A stretch of 64,000 nucleotides of DNA from NCBI GenBank assembly GCA_963675785.1, contig OY776562.1, positions 1,248,001 to 1,312,000 of the forward strand, in the 5' to 3' direction. The DNA comes from Anaerolineae bacterium. Its GTDB lineage: Bacteria; Chloroflexota; Anaerolineae; UBA1429. Positions 28,150 to 37,460 of this stretch are shown in pieces (within the stretch, counting starts at the first letter, position 1; each line of letters begins with the position of its first letter). The position numbers were made by a program, and so were the translations under genes. The notes beneath the pieces are model-generated. The model was given only the letters and a program-made list of their open reading frames with translations. It searched no databases and was not told where the DNA came from.

Positions 28150-28358
28150 ACATCCAAGCTAGACTATATCATTTTGGAGAAACGGTGTATAATGCGTGGT
28201 TGTCTTTGCACATCCAGACACCAGACCTGCACCGCAATTCGTTAACATGAATGCATCGAAACAGGCCTGTTTTGTTACGTTGGGTGTCTCATCTGACTCT
28301 GTTGTAATGAAACGGATCACAGAATGAATAGTTTGAGTAACACGTCGAGCGTTCTGCA

Positions 28359-31208
28359 ATGAAACAAGAAGCACGATTCTCGACAACATCCTCCACATTA
28401 GATACCACACAAACCCTCAATCCCACAGAGGTTTATGCCCGGTTGGGTAGCGCTCCCGCCGGCTTGACTTTTGATTCGGCTACAAGGCGACTGACCGAGT
28501 ATGGCCCCAATGTTCTTACAGAGATCAAAGGCAAACCACTCATCGTGCAATTTCTGGCCAACTTTATTCATCTGATGGCCATTTTGCTATGGGTCGGCGG
28601 TTTTATCGCTCTCATCGCCGATATGCCGCAGCTTACCGTTGCCATTTGGATGGTCAATGTTATCAACGGCATCTTTAGTTTTTGGCAAGAATTTCGTGCT
28701 GGCAAGGCAACCGAAGCGCTCCGCAAAATGTTGCCGCTGCAGGTGCGTGTGCTGCGCGATGGGCTAGAACAAAGCATTCCTGCCGAAGACCTGGTGCCTG
28801 GCGATGTCATGATTCTATCAGAAGGTGACCGCATCTCTGCGGACAGCCGTTTGGTCGAAGCCTCAGAGCTTTTTGTCGATCAATCGACCCTTAGCGGCGA
28901 ATCTATGCCGGTGCGCAAATTGGCCGACGCCGTACTTCGCGATGACCTGTCTGCTTCCGAAGTCCCCAACCTGGTATTTGCCGGAACGAACGTCTCTGCC
29001 GGTACAGGACGTGCTGTGGTTTATGCTACAGGTATGAACACCGAGTTCGGCAAGATCGCCCGGCTGACACAAACCATGGGCGATGCCCCCAGCCCTCTCC
29101 AGCAAGAACTTGCCAGCCTCACCCGAACTGTGACGTTCATCGCTGTTAGCGTGGGTGTACTTTTCTTTGTGCTTGCTGTGCTTTTTGCCCACATGCCGTT
29201 GGCCGAAGGGTTCATCTTTGCCCTGGGCATGATCGTCGCTTTTGTGCCAGAGGGACTCTTGCCCACGGTTACGCTAGCATTGGCTATGGGCGTACAACGC
29301 ATGGCCAAGCGTAATGCGCTCATCAAAAAACTCTCGTCCGTTGAGACGCTAGGCTGCACCACCGTCATTTGCACTGACAAAACCGGCACGCTTACTCAGA
29401 ACGCCATGACTGTGACGGACATCTGGGTCAATGGACACAGCCTGCATGTCAGCGGCAAGGGTTACAGCCCACAGGGCACCATCACAGATGGACGCGGCAG
29501 TGTTCAAGGCGATCTGCAGCGTGATCTCGAACTTGTGTTGATCTCCGCCAGTCTCTGCAACAATGCGCGCATACTGCCCCCTGATGATGAGACTGCGCAG
29601 TGGAGCGTCCTCGGCGATCCAACCGAAGCAGCCTTACGTGTCGCCGCCCCTAAAAGCGGTATAGACTTGGCGCAAGTCGAGGGAGAGCAGCCTCGCGTTC
29701 GTGAACTACCTTTTGATTCGACACGCAAACGCATGAGCACGGTTCACCGCGATATGTCGCAGCTGCGTGAAGCTCAACTTGTTGCTTATGTCAAGGGCGC
29801 CCCCAAAGAGCTGCTAAACCTGTGTACATCCATTCGTCGTGATGGACAGGACCAACGACTCACACAAGAGATGATTAGCGAGATTAGCGCGGCCAACGAT
29901 ACCTATGCCCGCGCCGGTCTGCGAGTTCTGGCAGTAGGCATGCGTCGGCTTGTCGGCAGTGGCAGCCATCAGGCAGCCAGTACCTTTACGGTCGATACCG
30001 TCGAAAGGGACCTCACCTTCCTTGGCTTGATGGCCATGATGGATCCACCACGTAGCGAAGTGAGCGAGGCCGTCATGCGCTGCCACAAGGCGGGTATCCG
30101 CGTCATTATGATCACCGGAGACTATGGCCTTACGGCTGAAAGCATCGCCCGACGTATTGGCATCGTCACCAGCGCACGTCCACGCATTATTAGCGGCGTC
30201 GAGCTGGAAGATATGTCGACGGAAGAGCTAAAACTGGCACTGGCTGACGAAGTCATCTTTGCACGGGTGGCACCGGAACAAAAGCTCCAGGTTGTGAGTG
30301 CCCTGCAAGAGATGGGCAATGTTGTGGCCGTCACTGGCGATGGTGTCAACGACGCCCCGGCTCTCAAAAAGGCGGATATCGGCGTGGCTATGGGCATTAC
30401 TGGCACCGATGTGGCCAAAGAAGCTGCCGATGTCATTCTCACCGACGACAACTTTGCTTCTATCGTCAATGCCATCGAAGAAGGTCGTAGCGTCTATGCC
30501 AACATCCGGCGTTTTGTCACCTATATCTTTACCAGCAATACGCCTGAGGCCGTTCCCTTTGTGTTGTTCGCCTTTAGTGGAGGCCGCATTCCCCTGGCCT
30601 TGAACGTGATGCATATTCTGGCCATAGACTTGGGCACAGACATGGTTCCCGCTCTGGGGTTGGGTATTGAACCGCCCGAGGATGGCATTATGGAAATGCC
30701 GCCCCGCCGCCTTGATGATCACCTCATCACCCGAAACCTGTTGCTGCGAGCCTATGGCTGGTTGGGCCCCGTACAAAGCTTGGCAACCATGGCGGCGTTC
30801 TACTTTATGTACTGGACAAACGGATACGCCGGGCAGTATCTTAACTTACCGAATGAAGGCACGCTCTATGCTTCGGCAACAGCTATGGCACTGGCAACAG
30901 TGGTCGCTACCCAAATTGGTAACGTATTCACCCAGCGCACCGAACGTCAATCGCTATTTCGCGCCCATCTTACGCATAACCGTCTTATCTATATCGGTCT
31001 GGCCAGCGAGATCGTGCTTATTTTTGCTATTGTCTATGTACCCTTCCTGCAGCGCTTTATCGGCACATCGAGCTTCCCGCTGATCAATTGGCTCTTTGTC
31101 TTTGCATGGACGCCGTCGCTCATCGTAATGGACGAAATCCGCAAGATGCTGGCCCGACGCCGCTTTCGGGCGACCAGCAATAAGGAAGCATCAGGAGTAA
31201 CCCCATGA
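28359..31208 (+). CDS. Cation-transporting P-type ATPase, Na+/K+-ATPase (P2C)-like
   Basis: SGES, VAFVPEGL, DKTGTLT, KGAP, TGD, GDGVNDAPALK, YIFTSNTPE, ILAIDLGTDMVPA. Confidence 0.93.
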   Translation: MKQEARFSTTSSTLDTTQTLNPTEVYARLGSAPAGLTFDSATRRLTEYGPNVLTEIKGKPLIVQFLANFIHLMAILLWVGGFIALIADMPQLTVAIWMVNVINGIFSFWQEFRAGKATEALRKMLPLQVRVLRDGLEQSIPAEDLVPGDVMILSEGDRISADSRLVEASELFVDQSTLSGESMPVRKLADAVLRDDLSASEVPNLVFAGTNVSAGTGRAVVYATGMNTEFGKIARLTQTMGDAPSPLQQELASLTRTVTFIAVSVGVLFFVLAVLFAHMPLAEGFIFALGMIVAFVPEGLLPTVTLALAMGVQRMAKRNALIKKLSSVETLGCTTVICTDKTGTLTQNAMTVTDIWVNGHSLHVSGKGYSPQGTITDGRGSVQGDLQRDLELVLISASLCNNARILPPDDETAQWSVLGDPTEAALRVAAPKSGIDLAQVEGEQPRVRELPFDSTRKRMSTVHRDMSQLREAQLVAYVKGAPKELLNLCTSIRRDGQDQRLTQEMISEISAANDTYARAGLRVLAVGMRRLVGSGSHQAASTFTVDTVERDLTFLGLMAMMDPPRSEVSEAVMRCHKAGIRVIMITGDYGLTAESIARRIGIVTSARPRIISGVELEDMSTEELKLALADEVIFARVAPEQKLQVVSALQEMGNVVAVTGDGVNDAPALKKADIGVAMGITGTDVAKEAADVILTDDNFASIVNAIEEGRSVYANIRRFVTYIFTSNTPEAVPFVLFAFSGGRIPLALNVMHILAIDLGTDMVPALGLGIEPPEDGIMEMPPRRLDDHLITRNLLLRAYGWLGPVQSLATMAAFYFMYWTNGYAGQYLNLPNEGTLYASATAMALATVVATQIGNVFTQRTERQSLFRAHLTHNRLIYIGLASEIVLIFAIVYVPFLQRFIGTSSFPLINWLFVFAWTPSLIVMDEIRKMLARRRFRATSNKEASGVTP

Positions 31209-31855
31209 AAATCATTGTGGTTGGATGCGGACGTCAGGGCACTGACCTGGCTCAGGTGCTGGATAAAGCCGGGCATCGAGTGACGGTCATCGATCCCGAT
31301 CCGGAGCATCTCGCTCGCCTGGATACCACTTTTGGCGGGCGCATCATCGAAGGCGTCGTCTTTGACCGCGACGTGCTCATTGATGCCGGCATTGAGCGTA
31401 CCGATGGTTTGGCCGCCATGACCAACAGCGATGACGCCAACATTGTCACCGCCCTGTTGGCCCGCAATGTTTTCAAAGTGCCCCAGGTGGTGGCGCGCAT
31501 CTATGATCCACGACAGCGCGATATCTATGGGCGGCTGGGATTACGCACCATCTCACCCGTCGAAATCGGCACCACCCATATTGTCAGTTTGCTTGTCCAT
31601 GCCAAGCTAGAGACACTTTCCACGCTGGGCAGTGGCGAACTACTGACCGTACAAACACAGACCCCTGTGCTTTTGATAGGTCGCACAGTACGCCAGCTTA
31701 CGGTGCCCGGTGAGATCTGTGTGGTAGCGATCATCCGCCAGGGACGCGCCTTTATCCCCACACTGGGCACAGAGTTCGCGGCTGATGACTTGATTGTTCT
31801 ATCAGTTATGTCAACAGCTACTGACCGCCTGAACCAGCTTCTAGGGCTGGATTGA
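31205..31855 (+). CDS. trkA: TrkA family RCK protein
   Basis: IIVVGCGRQG, DAGIERTD, DDANI, VVARIYDP; TrkA_C domain; ATGA overlap with the ATPase. Confidence 0.9.
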   Translation: MKIIVVGCGRQGTDLAQVLDKAGHRVTVIDPDPEHLARLDTTFGGRIIEGVVFDRDVLIDAGIERTDGLAAMTNSDDANIVTALLARNVFKVPQVVARIYDPRQRDIYGRLGLRTISPVEIGTTHIVSLLVHAKLETLSTLGSGELLTVQTQTPVLLIGRTVRQLTVPGEICVVAIIRQGRAFIPTLGTEFAADDLIVLSVMSTATDRLNQLLGLD

Positions 31856-31877
31856 GACGAAGGGAAGGAGCAACACC

Positions 31878-32564
31878 ATGTTTGTCTTGATTGTTGGCGG
31901 CGGTAAAGTTGGTCTGAGCCTGGCACAGATGTTGTGGAGTGAACACATGCGCGTGCGCGTCATTGAGGTTCGCCCAGAACGTGTTGAAGAGATGGCCAAA
32001 GAGCTTCCTGCCGATGCCGTTGTATACGGCAATGGCACCGACCCCCTTCTTCTGGAAAAGGCTGGCATTCTGGATGCGGATGTAGTGGCCGCGGTTACCG
32101 GTGAGGACGAAACCAACCTGGTGGTGACCAACCTGGCGCGTATCGAGTTCGGCGTACAGCGCACCATCGCCCGTGTAAACAACCCCAAGAACGCATGGCT
32201 TTTCAGCAAGCAAATGGGCGTGGATGTGGCTTTGAACGAGGCTGATCTGATAGCCCACCTCATTCGTGAGGAGATGTCTTTGGGGGATATGACTACCCTG
32301 CTCAAGTTGAGACAGGGTGCCTATTCGTTGGCCGAAGAAAAGGTGCACCCAACTTCTATTGCAGTAGGCAAAGCCATACGCGATCTCAAATTACCTCAAG
32401 AATGCGTGCTCACAGCCATCATTCGCCGTAACGAATTGATCCTTCCTCACGGCGACACCATTTTGGAAGCCAGCGATGAGGTGCTGGCGGTTGTGCACGA
32501 AACCTCACTCATCGAACTCGACGATCTGTTGGGGCCAGCGGAATCTGAAGAATCCGCTTCCTGA
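31878..32564 (+). CDS. trkA: TrkA family RCK protein
   Basis: LIVGGGKVG, AGILDAD..AAVTGEDETNL, IARVNNPKN, VGKAIRDL.LP. Confidence 0.92.
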   Translation: MFVLIVGGGKVGLSLAQMLWSEHMRVRVIEVRPERVEEMAKELPADAVVYGNGTDPLLLEKAGILDADVVAAVTGEDETNLVVTNLARIEFGVQRTIARVNNPKNAWLFSKQMGVDVALNEADLIAHLIREEMSLGDMTTLLKLRQGAYSLAEEKVHPTSIAVGKAIRDLKLPQECVLTAIIRRNELILPHGDTILEASDEVLAVVHETSLIELDDLLGPAESEESAS

Positions 32565-32570
32565 ACAAAC

Positions 32571-32600
32571 AGAGGGCGGCCAATGGCCGCCCTCTTCTCT
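32571..32600. terminator. Terminator between convergent genes
   Basis: AGAGGGCGGCC-AAT-GGCCGCCCTCT followed by TCTCT. Confidence 0.75.
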
Positions 32601-32619
32601 TGTATGACACGCGTGTTAC

Positions 32620-33567
32620 TTACCCCAGCTTGCCTCGCATGGGGTCATCCGCAGGTCCATAAATGCAGGCTCTTTCGCGCAGCCAACCCAGGCCAGCCGC
32701 GTCAACATCGCGGGCAAAGGCGTCCAGGGTAGCGCCCTCAACGCGCTGAAAAGGCGGCACACAGAACCCCGCATCATAGCCTTGTAGGTTCAATGCGGCC
32801 TTGGTGCCTGGCATCACGCCGTACTTGCGCAACACTTCAATGATATTGCTGGCCGTACGCTGCAACTTGCGCGCCAAGGCAAGATCGCCGGCGTCAAAGG
32901 CGCCCTTGATATCGATATAGCAACGCGGCTGAAAATTATAGGTCGTGCCGATGCAGCCATCCACGCCCAAGGCGTAGGTAGCCAGAAAAAGCGGATCCGG
33001 TCCGGACATGACATTGACCTTCTCGGGGTCACGCAGGGCTAACACGCGCTCCAACACCGTCAAATCCTGCGAGGTGTACTTGAACCCAGCCACCCCATCC
33101 ATGGCGCACAATTCCAATATCTCGTGCTCGGTCATGTTTGTGCCCGTAGCAGAAGGAATATGATAGGCATACATGGGCACGCTGCTGGCCGCTATGATCG
33201 CCGCATAATGGGCTTTGATCTGTTTAAAGCCATGCTGGTAATAGAACGGGGGCACCGCACTGACAGCCGTGGCTCCTGCCTTGCTGGCATGAGCCGCCAA
33301 CTCGACCGCCGTAGCCGTATCAGCCGTACCAACATGGATCATCACCGGAATGCGCCCGGCTGCGGCCTTGATAGAGGCCTCGGCAATGGCCTTACGCTGA
33401 CAAACACTCAGCAGCACACCCTCACCGGTGCTTCCACCCACATAAATGCCACCCACACCCGCGGCGACGAAATCCTCGATCAGCGCCTCGACACAGGCTA
33501 CATTGATGCTACCATCCTCTTTCAAGGGGGTAACCAACGCGGGCCAAACACCCGAAAAATGCTCCAT
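32620..33567 (-). CDS. DapA/NanA family aldolase (N-acetylneuraminate lyase-like)
   Basis: ALVTP, GGSTGE, VPPFYY, YHIP..TG, GFKYTS; start revised to ATG 33567. Confidence 0.88.
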   Translation of the reverse strand: MEHFSGVWPALVTPLKEDGSINVACVEALIEDFVAAGVGGIYVGGSTGEGVLLSVCQRKAIAEASIKAAAGRIPVMIHVGTADTATAVELAAHASKAGATAVSAVPPFYYQHGFKQIKAHYAAIIAASSVPMYAYHIPSATGTNMTEHEILELCAMDGVAGFKYTSQDLTVLERVLALRDPEKVNVMSGPDPLFLATYALGVDGCIGTTYNFQPRCYIDIKGAFDAGDLALARKLQRTASNIIEVLRKYGVMPGTKAALNLQGYDAGFCVPPFQRVEGATLDAFARDVDAAGLGWLRERACIYGPADDPMRGKLG

Positions 33568-33761
33568 GCTACGCTCCTTTACATGCCAATCGCATGGCCG
33601 CCATGCTAGCACGAGCGATGAAATGAAGCAAGCACGTGAATGAGTTCTGCGAGTCTAGAAACAATGAGGAAATAATGGTCTTCCTTTTGTTTCTAGACTA
33701 GAGTATTTATCCGATGTATAATATACTCGTAATGAATTATAAAAATACTGGAGGGCTAGAC

Positions 33762-34667
33762 ATGACCAGCCACATATCCAAGATTGCTGCCTTGGCTTTG
33801 ATGCTTGTTGTACTTGCAAGTTGTATCTTGGGTTGTACGCCTTCCAGAGCTGCAACATCTACCCCTTCTATCGTCAGCAGCGCGACATCTATTCCTACTA
33901 TTGCCAGCAGCGCAACACCAGAAGAAACAGATTTTCCAACAATCGACAAGGTTTTTACCTCAGAAAACACCAACCTCGAACAAATCGGCAGTGATGCGGC
34001 CACCTACTATTACAGACAGTTCATGGCCGATGACATCCCGCAGTACTGGCACATCACCAAATACGAGGTACTCACCTCCGAACTGATGGCGGGCGATGAA
34101 AACGAGTTCGTTGTCTGGATCGAATCCTACATCGAGACCGACGGCGCTGGCTTTCTCATCGGCGAAGGGGCTCCCAATGACTCCGAGGATTTGAGCAAGG
34201 GCGGCATCTGCCCAGAGGTCGGACGAGAATTCCGCATCAAGGCACTGGGCGATAGCCAATACGAAATCGTCAGTATTGGTACAGGCGGCGGTACGCAGGA
34301 TCTTGATCCAGTAGAGACTACAGAGATCGAATATGAACTTGTTCAACTCTGCAAAGGGCAACCTGTAACCGACACATTGTTTGTGACCGGCGAAAACATC
34401 CAAATTGTTCAAGATACCATCTTTAGTTACATGATCAAATCAGCCGCCTGGCCCGGCATAGATATCGACACGCTCGATGAATGCTATCTAGTTCGCGCGA
34501 CCTATTCGGATGACACGGCGACCGATTACTATGCCTATTTGATAGATGGCCAAGCCGTCATGCAGCGAGGGATCGATGGCTATTACAGCCGCATCGATGA
34601 TAACCTGTATCAGGAACTGGTTGAGCTCGTTCAGGGCAGTACGACTTTTATAGACGAAGCACGTTAA
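33762..34667 (+). CDS. Hypothetical lipoprotein
   Basis: Signal peptide with lipobox ILGC and Ser/Thr linker; GGAGG RBS. Confidence 0.7.
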   Translation: MTSHISKIAALALMLVVLASCILGCTPSRAATSTPSIVSSATSIPTIASSATPEETDFPTIDKVFTSENTNLEQIGSDAATYYYRQFMADDIPQYWHITKYEVLTSELMAGDENEFVVWIESYIETDGAGFLIGEGAPNDSEDLSKGGICPEVGREFRIKALGDSQYEIVSIGTGGGTQDLDPVETTEIEYELVQLCKGQPVTDTLFVTGENIQIVQDTIFSYMIKSAAWPGIDIDTLDECYLVRATYSDDTATDYYAYLIDGQAVMQRGIDGYYSRIDDNLYQELVELVQGSTTFIDEAR

Positions 34668-34689
34668 ATCAAGAGGGAAAAGACATTTT

Positions 34690-35220
34690 ATGTGCGATTT
34701 GGTACTCGTCGAGGCATCAAAAGAATACGAAAAGCAGGCGATGGCTTACCGGCAAGAATATATCGACTATGGGGAAACGCATATCAACGGCAGCAGTGGG
34801 TTCATGAAATACCAAAATTATGATGAATGGTTACAGAGAATCGAGTTTCAACGAAACAGGGAAGCTTCATCAGTGAATACACCTTCAACAACCTATTTCA
34901 CAATACGTAAGCAAGATGACAAGATTATCGGTTCTATCCAATTACGCCACCATTTGACCGATGAATTGAAAAAGGACGGTGGAAATATCGGTTACGGAAT
35001 ATGCCCATCAGAAAGACACAAGGGTTATGGCACAAAGCAGCTCGCATTGGTATTATGCAAAGCTAGGGCATTTGGTCTTTCACGAGTAATGATCACGTGT
35101 GATAAAAGCAATCGAGGATCAGCCCGAGTCGCCATGAGTAACGGTGGCGTTCTATCTGGCGAAGGATTTGATGACGACACCCAGTCGATAACAGAAATAT
35201 ACTGGATTGACCTTACGTAA
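34690..35220 (+). CDS. GNAT family N-acetyltransferase
   Basis: IQLRH.L...GGNIGYGI.PSER.KGYG, N.GS..V...NGG. Confidence 0.9.
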   Translation: MCDLVLVEASKEYEKQAMAYRQEYIDYGETHINGSSGFMKYQNYDEWLQRIEFQRNREASSVNTPSTTYFTIRKQDDKIIGSIQLRHHLTDELKKDGGNIGYGICPSERHKGYGTKQLALVLCKARAFGLSRVMITCDKSNRGSARVAMSNGGVLSGEGFDDDTQSITEIYWIDLT

Positions 35221-35245
35221 GCGTATGAAAAAGAGCACGCTTTCT

Positions 35246-35503
35246 CTATTTTAGCCCCTTGTGAAAAGCCTTGAGGTCCGCGCGCACCTCTGGCGGCAGG
35301 TCATGCCAGCGTACCCCACGGATAGCTCCCTCCAGGCCGCAGAGCATACTCAAGCAGGCACCAGGATCACTGGTGGCTCGTACTCGCAGTAACGCCTCTT
35401 TGCTGCCTAGCTCGATCAGTTTTTCTGGCGTATCAATGCCCGCCTCGATCAGCTTTTCCTCCGCCACAGCACCAATATTGACCATATCGTGTAATGCGCC
35501 CAT
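35246..35503 (-). CDS. TfoX/Sxy C-terminal domain protein
   Basis: NIG...EEKL..AGI.T...L..LG, L.GLEGAIRG.RW..L. Confidence 0.9.
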   Translation of the reverse strand: MGALHDMVNIGAVAEEKLIEAGIDTPEKLIELGSKEALLRVRATSDPGACLSMLCGLEGAIRGVRWHDLPPEVRADLKAFHKGLK

Positions 35504-35576
35504 AGCTCGTGCTCCCTCTGCTTGTAACTGTGGCCTCCATCATAGCAAAGGCAGAGAAACTCGCAAGGTTTGGGTA

Positions 35577-35610
35577 TAGTCTGGCAGATTACTCGTGATC
35601 TGCCAGACTA
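35577..35610. repeat. Intergenic inverted repeat
   Basis: TAGTCTGGCAGAT-N8-ATCTGCCAGACTA between divergent genes. Confidence 0.8.
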
Positions 35611-35708
35611 CCACTTTTCACCCATCGTACACTGTGCTACACTCCCCGCGATATGATTCATGATCCAGTCTCATATGCCATGCTACGGCACGGTGAGGGG
35701 GTGTATAC

Positions 35709-37439
35709 ATGTTGCACGAGGCAATCAACAACTATCGCAATCTACCCAACATTTGGGGCGAAGGAGCCCTCTTTGCCTTCTCTGGCATAGACGGTGAAAC
35801 CTGCGTCAAATCGGGTTTCGTGGCCACCTACGGGGCCAAACCCTACAATCTGCTGATTCACACGCCACGCCGCCGCGAATTGACCATCGAACTGCCCGAT
35901 GGTGGCAACACACGCGTAGCCCTGGGTGATGTGTTTGGCGTTGCCACACCTACTGGCGATCTCATCGTCACTTATTCGGCCTGGCATACTCTCGTCGGCA
36001 TTGTGCCCGATAACACGCGATTGGCTTTGGGATTTGAGGATGAGGCCGCTTACGAGGGCGTCGATGTCCTCAGTCAAGATGAAGAGCATCACGACGCGTT
36101 GCTGCTTTTGGTCAATGGCAGCCGCTTTGCTCTCTCTTATGGTACCACAGCCGATGAAGCCCGTGCTCGCGCTACTGAAGGCATAAAAGTCGACATCCGC
36201 CGCACTGTCGATGAGCGCCTTGCCTATCTGAGCCAGGTTCCCTCTCTGGAAAACGCCACACTGGACCGCCTTTTGAAAAAGTGCGCCAGCATTTTCAAGG
36301 TGAATACCTGCACCGCCGAGGGCGCTATCAAACGCACTTGGTCGACGCCTGACCGCGTGCCTCACCGTGATATGTGGCTGTGGGATTCGGTTTTCCACTC
36401 TTTGGCTATGAACGACATCGACCCCGAGCTCTCCTGGAGCTTTTTGGCTTCCATCCTCGATATTCAAAAAGAGGACGGCATGGTGCCCCATCAGAACAGC
36501 ATCACTGGCAAGCAATCCAACGTTACCCAACCCCCCATTCTGGCTTGGGGTATCTGGGAGAATTATCAGGCCCTGCAAGATCGCGCAAAACTGGCCTACG
36601 CACTACCCAAGCTAGAAGCCTATCTTGAATGGGACCTAGCCAATCGCGATCAGAACGATAACGGCCTACTCGAGTGGTTCATCGAGGGCAACCCATTCTG
36701 CCGCTCTGGCGAATCGGGCATGGACAACTCGCCCCGTTTTGATGCTGCCGCTACGCTGGATGCCGTCGACTTTTCAGCGTTTGCTGCTCACGATATGGCC
36801 TGCCTGGCCAACATCGCCCACGAACTGGGAGAAGAAACACAGGCCGTGGCCTGGCATGAGCGTGCTACAGATATGGCAAACCGCATTCACGAGGCCATGT
36901 GGGATCCGGACACGGGCTTTTACTATGATTTGGATATGGATGGTGCCTACACCGGCGTTCAGGCCGAGAGCGGCTTTTTGCCGCTGTTGCTGGATGGTGC
37001 AGGAAACGAACAGGTGCAAGCGCTGGTAGCTGCCCTGAACGATCCACAGCGTTTTGGCACAGCCTTCCCGGTGCCCAGCGCGGCCGTCTGCGGGCCCACC
37101 TATTCCACCGATATGTGGCGCGGTGCTAGCTGGTTGAACTTTAACTTGCTCATCATTCGCGGCCTAGAAAAGTATGGTCGACACGACACTGCTGCTACTA
37201 TCGCAGGTAAGACATTGGCTTATGTCATCAAGTATTACGAGAAATATGGCGTGATTTTCGAGTTCTATGATTCCCAGGATGCACGCACGCCGCCCGAATG
37301 TGATCGCAAGGGGCCACGCGTGGAACCCTATAACATCCGCCGCAAGATGGATTCCATTCGTGACTATCACTGGTCAGCGGCAGTAACCTACATCCTGCTG
37401 CGCGAAGGTTACCAACCCGCCAAGCTGGACGAAGACTAG
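35709..37439 (+). CDS. GH63/trehalase-like (alpha/alpha)6 glycoside hydrolase
   Basis: WLWDS.FH, TQPP, ESGMDNSPRFD, WRG..W, FEFY. Confidence 0.88.
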   Translation: MLHEAINNYRNLPNIWGEGALFAFSGIDGETCVKSGFVATYGAKPYNLLIHTPRRRELTIELPDGGNTRVALGDVFGVATPTGDLIVTYSAWHTLVGIVPDNTRLALGFEDEAAYEGVDVLSQDEEHHDALLLLVNGSRFALSYGTTADEARARATEGIKVDIRRTVDERLAYLSQVPSLENATLDRLLKKCASIFKVNTCTAEGAIKRTWSTPDRVPHRDMWLWDSVFHSLAMNDIDPELSWSFLASILDIQKEDGMVPHQNSITGKQSNVTQPPILAWGIWENYQALQDRAKLAYALPKLEAYLEWDLANRDQNDNGLLEWFIEGNPFCRSGESGMDNSPRFDAAATLDAVDFSAFAAHDMACLANIAHELGEETQAVAWHERATDMANRIHEAMWDPDTGFYYDLDMDGAYTGVQAESGFLPLLLDGAGNEQVQALVAALNDPQRFGTAFPVPSAAVCGPTYSTDMWRGASWLNFNLLIIRGLEKYGRHDTAATIAGKTLAYVIKYYEKYGVIFEFYDSQDARTPPECDRKGPRVEPYNIRRKMDSIRDYHWSAAVTYILLREGYQPAKLDED

Positions 37440-37460
37440 ATGTGCCGAGAGGAGCGAGCT

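Noticed and set aside
28150-28358. c-di-AMP or other riboswitch before the ATPase-trkA unit
   Set aside because: No recognisable consensus by eye; only a TATAAT at 28188. An Rfam scan would be decisive.
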